This document shows positions 50,530-61,121 of a DNA stretch of 64,000 bases, piece after piece. A program made the translations under genes and the position numbers. The DNA comes from Octopus bimaculoides. Lineage: Eukaryota. The stretch lies in assembly GCF_001194135.2 (NCBI RefSeq), contig NC_068996.1, positions 2,535,329 to 2,599,328 of the forward strand, written 5' to 3'. The stretch's first letter is position 1. Every line of letters starts with the position of its first letter. The notes beneath the pieces are model-generated. The model ran no database searches. It was given only the letters and a program-made list of their open reading frames with translations, and was not told the DNA's origin.

Positions 50530-51890
50530 CGGTGTAACACTGAAGCAAACAAGGTCATAAGAGCTATGAACACAAGCCTTGAAAGTTTGTATTGGTATTG
50601 TGCTAGAGAGAAGCACTACTGATGCAATCTTTCTAGCGAGACAACTGAAGGAGAAGCGTTTAGTGAAAATAAACCTCAGTACTTGTCATTTGTGTAATTG
50701 GTGAAAGGCTTTGACAAGGTCCCTCAGTAACTCATCTGATGGTTGATGTAGAAGTTTGGGTTGACAAGTGGTTGGTGAGCATCGTCCAAGTCATATAGAG
50801 GGATGCTATCAGTAAGGTAAAAATTGGCAATGATATAGCAACAAGTTTAGAATGCAGATAGGAATTCAGCAAAATTGATTCCCAGTCTTTTCTTGTCTTC
50901 CAGGCCATAACAGTGGAATTTAAGATTTGTTTCTCTTGAGAGCTCATCAGTGCCAATGACCTTGTTCTTATAGCTGAATCTCTTCTAGAGAAGAAAATAG
51001 TGGTGTTTAAGCAAGGACTGGAATCAAGAGGCTCTAGAATTAATTTAGTAAAGACCACAGTGCTAGTAAGCAGGAAAGCAGGCAAATTACTAATCCTTTC
51101 AGGGAAATGGCCTATTCAATATGTAGAATCAGTATGGATAGAAATTCCACACAGTTTACCCAAAACAAGCTATGAACATGTAAAAATTGTAGTGGAATCA
51201 CAGGAAGGTTAATAAAGTAATTTTTGCATGTGGCAGATATGTAAGTATAATAAACACTAAAAAATGTACCGGAAGTAAACTTCCTCAAATGTCCAGAACA
51301 ATCCTTAGAGATAGCAGATAGTTTCCATTATTTAGCTGATCACATTAGCAGTGGAGGAGGTTGCTCTGAAATTGTAGATACTAGAATAAAAACCAGCTCG
51401 GCAAAGTTCAGAGAGCTACTGCCTTTATTGGTTACAAAAAGCTTTTCCTTTAGAGTGAAAGGTAGATTGTATGATGCCTGTATACAGATATTTATGCTAC
51501 ATGACAGTGAAACATGGCCTGTGACTATAGACGAGATATGAAGGTCTGAAAGACATGAAGCCAGCATGATACATTAAATGTGCAATGTGTATGTGTATAT
51601 ATATATATATAAATGAGAAAATGTAAATGTTTTAAGAGAAAAATTTGAATAGGAAGCATCAAATGTGTTCAAGAGAGAAGATTGCACTGGTATGGTCATG
51701 TCACACATGGATGAAGACAGCTACATAAAGAAGTGCTGATCTATAAATGTGGAGGGAACCTGTTAAAAGGAGGACCCAGGTAGAAATGTGATGAAGTGGT
51801 GAGAAATGATCTTCAAATGTTGACCCTCACAGACTCACTAAAAGACCAAGACATTGGCATTTTGCTGTGCATGAGAAGACATGCTCAGTT
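50530..51890 (+). mobile_element. Decayed RTE LINE RT
   Basis: STTDAIFLARQLKEK; KGFDKVP; cagtgccaatgaccttgttcttatagctgaa (for YADDLVLIAE); FKQGLESRGSRINLVKTTVLV; TRIKTSSAKFRELLPLL. Confidence 0.85.
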
Positions 51891-51948
51891 AACTAAAACC
51901 AACGCCAAGGCATTTTCTCTATGCCCATGCATCATCTTTCTCTGCATA

Positions 51949-52555
51949 CTAGGGTGGGCTGAAAGTTTATAGACTGACTATGGAGGAATGATGCTTGAGC
52001 TGTGAAATCTTCCATGCATTATTTTCAACATTTCTTATTAATAACTGCCTTGTTTCCCTCCAGCTAAACTGATATCTGACTGTTGAAAGAAGACTTCAAA
52101 AGTAACTTATAGCAATTTCTCTTGAAAAATGACAAAACCTGGCATTGTGGTGTTATCAAGTATCTAAAGAAAAGGGGCTTAGCCCCCAAGGACATTCATG
52201 CTGATATGGTAGCTACATTCTGAGGTGATGCTCTATCTTTATTAACAGCGCAAAAGTTGGCAACTGAACTTAGGATGGGAAGGGAGAGCCTTGAAGATGA
52301 TCCAAGGCCTGGACATCCACCAACTGCCACCACTAAGTAAAACATTCATCATGTTCACCACATGGTGATGGATGACTGGCAATTGACTATAATTCAAATA
52401 GTCTCTCTGTGAGAAAGTTGAGAATATTCTGCACAATTAACTTGGCACAATGAAGGTTTCTGCTTGGTGGGTGTCACATCTGACAGGTGATCAAAAGCGT
52501 ACCAGGCTGGTCATATCATGGGAACATTTGACATTCTTTGAGCCAGATCCGGCTT
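51949..52555 (+). mobile_element. Mariner transposon 5' half (left TIR and transposase N-terminus with stops)
   Basis: TA|ctagggtgggctgaaagttt TIR; DKTWHCGVIKYLKKRGLAPKDIHADM...GRESLEDDPRPGHP...KVSAWWVSHLT (HTH domains and the WVP-like motif). Confidence 0.88.
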
Positions 52556-52559
52556 ATAG

Positions 52560-53075
52560 CCATTCAAATGAGAGGTAAGGCGCGAAGGGTGGCTTTGCAT
52601 AGGATGGGAGAGGCAGTTGAAAAAGCCTGCAGTTGGCTTTGAAATACGAGAAAAGAGTTAAGCTGGAAGCCAGGAGGAGATAAGGAGCAGTCACTTGGCC
52701 ACCTCTGCTGGCCTACCAGCAGGAGGGTATTATAGTTCAGGGTCGGCGAGCTGGCAGAAACGTTAGCACGACGGGCAAAATGCTTAGAGGTATTTCGTTT
52801 GTCTTTACATTCTGAGTTCAAATTCCGCCGAGGTCGACTTTGCCTTTCATCCTTTCGGGGTCGATTAAGTAAGTCCCAATTACACACTGGGGTCGATATA
52901 ATCGACTTAATCACTTTGTCTGTCCTTGTTTGTCCCCTCTATGTGTAGCCCCTTGTGGGCAGTAAAGAAATAAAGAAATAAGAATTATAGTTCAGGGTCA
53001 AAACATCCAATGAATGTTGGATACCATCTGATGACATCAGTTCCTCCTATCCAAAAGAGCACCTCCTTATAAGTG
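52560..53075 (+). mobile_element. 3' end of a HERO-like RLE LINE interrupted by a SINE
   Basis: MRGKARRVALHRMGEAVEKACSWL*NTRKELSWKP resembles my recollection of HERO C-termini (AERASxWLWxxR); the UTR continues across the SINE insertion. Confidence 0.55.
52745..52983 (+). mobile_element. Young, intact SINE with 16-bp TSD
   Basis: TSD ATTATAGTTCAGGGTC at 52729-52744 and 52984-52999; CpGs retained; (aaagaaat)n tail. Confidence 0.95.
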
Positions 53076-53087
53076 TTATTAACATAC

Positions 53088-53156
<69 letters not shown>

Positions 53157-54046
53157 NNNNNNNNNNNNNNNNNNNNNNNNNNNNNNNNNNNNNNNNNNNN
53201 NNNNNNNNNNNNNNNNNNNNNNNNNNNNNNNNNNNNNNNNNNNNNNNNNNNNNNNNNNNNNNNNNNNNNNNNNNNNNNNNNNNNNNNNNNNNNNNNNNNN
53301 NNNNNNNNNNNNNNNNNNNNNNNNNNNNNNNNNNNNNNNNNNNNNNNNNNNNNNNNNNNNNNNNNNNNNNNNNNNNNNNNNNNNNNNNNNNNNNNNNNNN
53401 NNNNNNNNNNNNNNNNNNNNNNNNNNNNNNNNNNNNNNNNNNNNNNNNNNNNNNNNNNNNNNNNNNNNNNNNNNNNNNNNNNNNNNNNNNNNNNNNNNNN
53501 NNNNNNNNNNNNNNNNNNNNNNNNNNNNNNNNNNNNNNNNNNNNNNNNNNNNNNNNNNNNNNNNNNNNNNNNNNNNNNNNNNNNNNNNNNNNNNNNNNNN
53601 NNNNNNNNNNNNNNNNNNNNNNNNNNNNNNNNNNNNNNNNNNNNNNNNNNNNNNNNNNNNNNNNNNNNNNNNNNNNNNNNNNNNNNNNNNNNNNNNNNNN
53701 NNNNNNNNNNNNNNNNNNNNNNNNNNNNNNNNNNNNNNNNNNNNNNNNNNNNNNNNNNNNNNNNNNNNNNNNNNNNNNNNNNNNNNNNNNNNNNNNNNNN
53801 NNNNNNNNNNNNNNNNNNNNNNNNNNNNNNNNNNNNNNNNNNNNNNNNNNNNNNNNNNNNNNNNNNNNNNNNNNNNNNNNNNNNNNNNNNNNNNNNNNNN
53901 NNNNNNNNNNNNNNNNNNNNNNNNNNNNNNNNNNNNNNNNNNNNNNNNNNNNNNNNNNNNNNNNNNNNNNNNNNNNNNNNNNNNNNNNNNNNNNNNNNNN
54001 NNNNNNNNNNNNNNNNNNNNNNNNNNNNNNNNNNNNNNNNNNNNNN
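53157..54046. other. Assembly gap (890 N)
   Basis: N run between (TA)n tracts. Confidence 1.
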
Positions 54047-54087
<41 letters not shown>

Positions 54088-54129
54088 CACTCAAACACAC
54101 ACAATATGTATAAGCATATTAAATTAAAT

Positions 54130-54625
54130 GAAGGGCAAAGATGTGGTCACAACACTTGTGCCCAGGCTGGAAACCAGCTTGTTCTTATCTGGTGGTCTGT
54201 TCACGATGCTTTTGGGGCTATGATTCATGAAGACCTTCCCAACAGTGGAGAGTAGGCTTATACCTCTGGATTCTGGACAAGTGTAACTAAATTGAGAAGT
54301 CTGTTGGATGATGAAAGCAGAAAGGGATAAATATTGGAATAGGATGGCAGCCAATCTTTAGGAAGCCACCTCCAAGCGCAGGTACCACATGCTCTGTTGC
54401 ACACCACCTGTCGACCCTCTTGATGACTGATGCTTAGCCTACACTAGAGGAAGTGGAAGAAGCTATGTGCTTGTTGCCAAACAGGAAGTGTAGTGCTGCT
54501 TGGACAACTCCTTATACTCATGCAACTCATATTGTGCTTAGACAACATACCTTTAAGATGGAAGAAGGCCATCATCATTTCCATCCATCAGAAAGGTAAC
54601 AGGAGGGAATGCACAAAAAACATGG
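54130..54625. mobile_element. Two oppositely oriented LINE RT N-terminal fragments
   Basis: Minus 54354-54130: CPESRGISLLSTVGKVF. Plus 54400-54625: PTLEEVEEA...IPLRWKKAIIISIHQKGNRREC. Confidence 0.65.
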
Positions 54626-55689
54626 TGGGATACTCTATCAAACCTTTTGTTTGCACTGGATTCATCTGTGTGCATATCTATATATACACCCAGAAACATT
54701 CTCACACATGCACGCACATTGGACATTGAGGATTCAGTTCAACTGTATAACCTGCTCCTAAATGAATGTTTATTTAGCTAAATGTTCCTTAATGTAATTC
54801 TAATACAGAATCAAGAATACTAGAGTGGTCAAAGAAATCAAGGCTAATCAATTGGAAAAGACCACTGGGAAAGGTGTCTTCTAATTAAAGTGTTAGTTTT
54901 CAACTGATGATAATTTATTTCTCAAAGTAATTAAGTATCCGAATATAAGGATTTAGTAATAGAAAAAGAAAAATGGGATGTTGGTACTGAAAAGAGAAAC
55001 TGTTGAGAATTGTGAATGTCCGTGTTTGCACAGCATATGGAAAATAGTACTAGAATAGAAAAAAAAGATGGAAATAAAACACTGCAAAGAACCATGGCAC
55101 ACAAAATGGTAATGCACTGAACATACATAATTGGAAAGAATTAATAGAAATGGTAATAAGAGAAGATAATGATGATAGTAAATAGGCTCTGAATTACTAT
55201 ATACCTGTACAACATTTAAAAGAAGTGAAAAAAATGGTTTTGAATCAGACACAATAAAAGGATTAAGTAAATTTAATTCCTTGCTTGGTACAATAATCAA
55301 AACATATGAATCGGTTATCTCCCTAACAAAAATCTTCTAATGGAAATACAGCATCTACGATTTCTAATGTAAGATTTAAAGAAAAATTAGTTTTGTAGTT
55401 AGTCCTGTTCAAAAAGTTTACAATAAATAACATTGCCTTTGTACTACTTAAAGAATGTCACCATATTACTTTTAATGTTCCCATATAATTTCAATATATA
55501 TTTAATATATATTTTGTGGAACATGATATACATCTAAAACATAGGATTTTTCAAAAAGAATTTACATTACAAATTTTTAAAACAAGTTTATATTTGACCC
55601 TTTTGTTAACCATGTTTCTGTTGAACTACACTGGCTTTAATAAATCTCTGAGCGATGTATAAACAGTAGCCACACGACATCTTGAAGTA

Positions 55690-56348
55690 TATTTGCCACC
55701 TAAATGTGGCTAACATTTAAGGCTTGATGCTGCTGTAGCTTGTAGCCCCAGGAAGACATCTCTTCCAGCTGGCTATTGATACACTAACTATCTGTGCCCT
55801 ATCAGTGTTTGAAAAGGGAAGTCATCATTCCCTTCTCCAGCCTGACGTGATACACATGGATCGGAGTTTCTGGGTAATCACCCGCCGTCAGTGTGTGACA
55901 ACCACCAGTTGGTGATGGGAAGTGATTCTCAACGCAAATATATATACTTTTCCCAAATTCCACTCAGTGGCCACATAGACTCTTGCGCCAGAAACAAAAA
56001 CCCTAAATTCATTATATTCCCTTTCTATCAATGTAAAGACAGAATCTCCACACAAGAAAGAATCAACAAGGAGAATCTTTTCATAGAGAAATTCCAACCA
56101 TTTCTTAACACACACACCCCTCAGTGACCTTATTTCTCTATGAACAGACACAAACTTCCTGTTTGGGAAAAAAAGAGTTCATAACTCTAACTAAAAACAC
56201 TTGTCTCCCCTTACACACACTTCCTGTTTTGACACCACATTTCCTGCTTAACACAAACTTTTAACCCTTTTTTAAACCTAACAAAACTCTCAACTCTCAT
56301 GCATCCTTATTTTTCCTACCAATTTATACATGAACTACTATTGAACTA
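55690..56348 (+). mobile_element. Penelope-like element piece: hairpin-rich segment, GIY-YIG endonuclease C-terminus and 3' sequence
   Basis: QIPLSGHIDSCARNKNPKFIIFPFYQCKDRISTQERINKENLFIEKFQPFLN fits the R..xE..FI..FxPxLN end of PLE endonucleases; 55690-55835 is homologous to the repeat at 524-641/900-1034. Confidence 0.75.
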
Positions 56349-56832
56349 NNNNNNNNNNNNNNNNNNNNNNNNNNNNNNNNNNNNNNNNNNNNNNNNNNNN
56401 NNNNNNNNNNNNNNNNNNNNNNNNNNNNNNNNNNNNNNNNNNNNNNNNNNNNNNNNNNNNNNNNNNNNNNNNNNNNNNNNNNNNNNNNNNNNNNNNNNNN
56501 NNNNNNNNNNNNNNNNNNNNNNNNNNNNNNNNNNNNNNNNNNNNNNNNNNNNNNNNNNNNNNNNNNNNNNNNNNNNNNNNNNNNNNNNNNNNNNNNNNNN
56601 NNNNNNNNNNNNNNNNNNNNNNNNNNNNNNNNNNNNNNNNNNNNNNNNNNNNNNNNNNNNNNNNNNNNNNNNNNNNNNNNNNNNNNNNNNNNNNNNNNNN
56701 NNNNNNNNNNNNNNNNNNNNNNNNNNNNNNNNNNNNNNNNNNNNNNNNNNNNNNNNNNNNNNNNNNNNNNNNNNNNNNNNNNNNNNNNNNNNNNNNNNNN
56801 NNNNNNNNNNNNNNNNNNNNNNNNNNNNNNNN
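56349..56832. other. Assembly gap (484 N)
   Basis: N run. Confidence 1.
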
Positions 56833-56859
56833 TACATATATATCTGAGGGTGCATGGCT

Positions 56860-57175
56860 TACAGATGGTACATGAAAAACAACATTCGAGCAAGGTTGTT
56901 GCCAGTGCCACTGGACTGACTCCTGTGCAGGCGGCACATAAAAAACACCATTTGAGTATGGCTGTTGCCAGTACCGCCTGACTGGCCCACGTGCTGGTGG
57001 CACGTAAAAGCACCCACTACACTCTCGGAGTGGTTGGCGTTAGGAAGGACATTCAGCTGTAGAAACTCTGCCAGATCAGATTGGAGCCAGGTGCAGCCAT
57101 CTGGCTTGCTAGTCCTCAAACCGTCCAACCCATGCCAGCATGGAAAGTGGACATTAAGCAATGATGATGATGATA
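56860..57175 (+). mobile_element. (GAT)n-tailed RTE 3' UTR copy
   Basis: Colinear with 15470-15767. Confidence 0.88.
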
Positions 57176-57224
57176 CATATCATATATACTTGATGGACTC
57201 TCCTGTCGAAGACAACATATGAGT

Positions 57225-57400
57225 GTTCAGCTTTTACCGAATGAACAGGTGTGTGGTGTACCGTGTGTCAGGTGCCAAAGTGATCAGAGAGCAATGAAAG
57301 ATGAGGTGTTTTGCTCAAGAACACAACGCACCACTCGGTCTAGGAATCGAAATCATGATCCCACAATTGTGAGTGCAATACCCTAACCAGTAAGCCATGC
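57225..57400 (-). mobile_element. Third-family SINE, partial
   Basis: ttttgctcaagaacacaacgcac...ccctaaccagtaagccatgcac is the reverse complement of the 38045 type. Confidence 0.7.
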
Positions 57401-57441
57401 ACCCTCAAATATATACATTATATATATATATATATATATAT

Positions 57442-57626
57442 NNNNNNNNNNNNNNNNNNNNNNNNNNNNNNNNNNNNNNNNNNNNNNNNNNNNNNNNNNN
57501 NNNNNNNNNNNNNNNNNNNNNNNNNNNNNNNNNNNNNNNNNNNNNNNNNNNNNNNNNNNNNNNNNNNNNNNNNNNNNNNNNNNNNNNNNNNNNNNNNNNN
57601 NNNNNNNNNNNNNNNNNNNNNNNNNN
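57442..57626. other. Assembly gap (185 N)
   Basis: N run. Confidence 1.
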
Positions 57627-57654
57627 TATATGTATGTATGTATATACACTTTTA

Positions 57655-58045
57655 TCCTTTTACTTGTTTCAATCATTAGACTATGGCCATGCTAGAGCAC
57701 TGTGTTGAAGAATTTTTAGTCAAATGAATTGACCCCAGTCTTTTTTCTTATTTTTTTAATACCTGGTATTTATTTTATTGGGCATTTTCCCTGGGCTACT
57801 AAGTTACAGGTACGTAAACACACCAACACATGTTGTTAAGCAGTGGTGGGGGCAAACAGACTCACACACACACACATGATGAGTTTCTTTCAGTCTTTCA
57901 GTTTCCATCTACCAGATCCACTCGCAAGCCTTTCGTTGGCCGGAGGCATAGTCAAAGACACTTGCCCAAGGTGTCATGCAATGGCACTGAACCAATAACC
58001 ATATGTTTGGGAAGTGAGTTTCTTACAGCACAGCCACTCCTACAC
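57655..58045 (-). mobile_element. CORE-like SINE, near full length
   Basis: ttttacttgtttcaatc...gacacttgcccaaggtgtcatgcaatggcactgaacc...ttcttacagcacagccactcct. Confidence 0.88.
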
Positions 58046-58048
58046 CTA

Positions 58049-58083
<35 letters not shown>

Positions 58084-61000
58084 ACACATCTCACTAGATA
58101 GTATCTGTTTAACTTTATAACTCCAAGGAAAGAGTAAGGGCATATCTGTTTCTTAATGTATGTTTCAATCACACATTGATTGGTATATTTATGACGAATG
58201 TACATTTTGGAAGATAGCAATATCTCCAACTTCACTCTTGAGACAAACTAAATCAGATTTTGAAGCAGACTGGGCAAGTATGGTAATCATTATACTATAG
58301 CATTTTTTCCCCATTAAAATTTTAGATTACTATTTTCTTTCTCAAAAATGCATTTTAAAGCAGTATGATGTTAATAGGCAATGACGATTGGTGGGGGAAT
58401 AGTGTATTCCATAAGTTAGAAAGTGGGTGGGACTACTGTGTGTTTGGTAAAAGATGGAGAAGCATGAGCTTTGTATGTTGAAGTCATTTCAACTAAATGA
58501 TTAAACTGATTCACAAAATATACATTTTTACGATGTTGAAGTAAAAAAATCTGAAAATTGGCTATAATAGTGTAGTTTTCCAGTCTTATTGCTATGAAAG
58601 TATGTTGTGGAGAAAAGATTGAGTAAAAAGTGACAGAGGTTTAGTGGAACAGTGTCAACTTTAAGATTGTACTCTGTGAAATTTATAGTTTAACATCTGT
58701 GAAATGACCTCTTCATTGTAGGTTTCTAAATAAACAGAAATACCGAATAAAATCAACATAGGTCATCTTACTGTTTCTTTTGTCTTTTTATTGATTGTAT
58801 GTTTTTATTATGTTTCTTTAAATTTGTTAGATTAATATATTTGTCTGCATGTGTTTACTTTATGCATATTTCAGTATTATGATTACCTGTCATGTATTTG
58901 TGTACATCATTAATATATAAGTGCATATGCATGTGTGAGAAGGAGGCATCCGTCTCCAAAACTCCAAAGTTGAGTAATGTTTTCATGCTTGGAATTGTAA
59001 ACTACAATAAGAATAGCACTGTTCAACAAAGAATTTGTCCCCAAAATATACGAAATGAAAAATATGTAAAAATAGTAACACACAGAAAAAGCACAAAAAA
59101 ATAAAGCAAAAATATGTGCATGAAAAGAATCTTGTGGTGTGAAGTGTCAACACAGAACAATGTGTGGCACAGGCATGCAATTGTCATGGCAACAAGCTGC
59201 TAATGCCACGCTGTCAGTTGATTGGCTAAAATTATCCAAATTTCCCAACTTTAATACCAAATAACATCAGATTCTGTAATTTAAGAGATAAAGTAATTGG
59301 TTGATTGCAATCAAATTTCAAAGTTGCATTGATACACCAAAATTGAAAGCAATCTGAGCAAAATTAAAAGGGGGCTCATTTTGTGAATGAAACTAACTAG
59401 ATCCCACTTAAGGATAATTGCAGATAGTGGGAGGGAGGGAGAGTGAAAGAGAGGCAGAAGTAAAGAGATAAGCAATGCCTTCAGTGAACTGACAGGAGTG
59501 TTTTTCTAAATGCCAGAAAGAGCAGCTTAATCTTAATAAATGATGCCATCTTATTTTTGTATGCATTGTATAAAAATACACAATGAGAAAAATGTGTGAT
59601 TGTCTTGGCTGCAAAAGCTTTGATTTTATAACAACTGCATCAGAGATAACATGTGGGCTAAACATTAGTGACATACTTCTAATTCATGCCTCCTCTAAAA
59701 TAATCAAAAATTTGAATGCGACCTTTGAACTTTACTGGTGTTAGCTATAAAATTGTTCTGTAAAGTTAGTCTGAGAGAAAAAGTCAACCGGTAAGGAAGT
59801 GTATAGAAGACATAATGCAAAATGCAGACACTTTCGTTATGGAATCCTTTTATTAGTAGCAATATATGGATTGAAAGTTCATTATAATAATTATAATATT
59901 TTAAGCCCAGAATGTTTCAGAAAGTGAACCATGCATCTATTGCTTGCCATGTAATCAATTACACAACAGATCACCTGCCATTCACTTATCTTAATGTATG
60001 TGTGGCTATTTTAGCTTCAAAGAGGAAATTTGTCAGCACTTGCTCAAACAAGATATGTTATTTTATTAATGCGTTCCAGGCAAGGATGTGTGGTTAATAA
60101 CCTTGCTTTGCAACTATGTGCAGTACTCTATGCATGGGTCTTCTGTTATAGCCCCTGGACTGACCAATGTCATGTGAGTGGAAGCCTATTACACACACAC
60201 ACATACACAGTGTGTTTATACAACTACCACATGAACACTAGTGTTGGTTTATTGACATCCCTGTAATTTGATTTGGGGGTTCAGTAAAAGAGACAGATAC
60301 AAAATGTATCAGACTTAAAAACTAAATATTGGAGTCGATTTGTTTGACCGACCCCTTTAAGATGATACCCCTGCATGGCAGCCATAGTCCAATGATTGAA
60401 ACAAAGTTAAAGATAAACTGGTGTTCTACTTTGTGATATATTTGGACTTAAGGACTCATCAAGGATATCTTCCTACATGAAGAAATGGACATTAAAATGA
60501 TGATGATGATGCCTTTTCCAGCATTGCCATTGCTGATGACAGTAGCAGCAGTGGTTTTTAGATATGGCATATTTATTTGCATATACTATATATTTTTGTA
60601 TAATGTGTACTATTAATAATGAGCTATGAAAAAAAAAAATGTGCTTCCTTACATTTATTACGATTACTGTATGAAATACACTGAAAATGTCCGTGTATCT
60701 TCTAACAAGAAAATAATAATATTTGAAAGTGACCTTTGGACTTTACAGGTATAGACTATTAAAGTAAAACCAGCTTGTGAAAAGTCAACTAGTACTGAAG
60801 GATATAATAGACGTAGTGGAAGTACAATTTTATTATACTTCCATTTTAATACTTCATTATCAGGTACTTTTGTCCTATTGATAGAAACATACAAAGTAAC
60901 AGTTCATTACAATAATACAAATATTTCAAGAAAAGAATATTTAGTTGTTGTTTTTATGTCTTTTTTTCTGTTTTCAGTGAGTATTCACATTTCAATAATA

Positions 61001-61121
61001 ACAGTATGTATTATTCTAAACATCCTCTTGAAAATTTTCCAAGTCAATCAATCACTCAATTCTATAATAATTGAGTAAAAAATACCTTAAGAAAGGCTTG
61101 TTTATTCTAATGTTTATAGAT

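Noticed and set aside
52995-53045. Hammerhead-like strings AAAAC...hairpin...CTGATGA in the HERO-like UTR
   Set aside because: No stem I between the hairpin and CTGATGA, and no stem II complementarity; the topology does not fit types I-III.
55620-55672. ctac..ctg...cagtag stem that looked like a hammerhead near the PLE
   Set aside because: Its left part belongs to a piggyBac MITE end, and the CUGANGA/GAAA core is absent.
50311-57708. Long ORFs (up to 371 aa) spanning N runs
   Set aside because: Artefacts of assembly gaps and flanking (TA)/(CA) repeats.
60664-60894. 76-aa minus-strand ORF with protein-like composition
   Set aside because: No recognisable domain and no supporting splice sites; length is within chance range.
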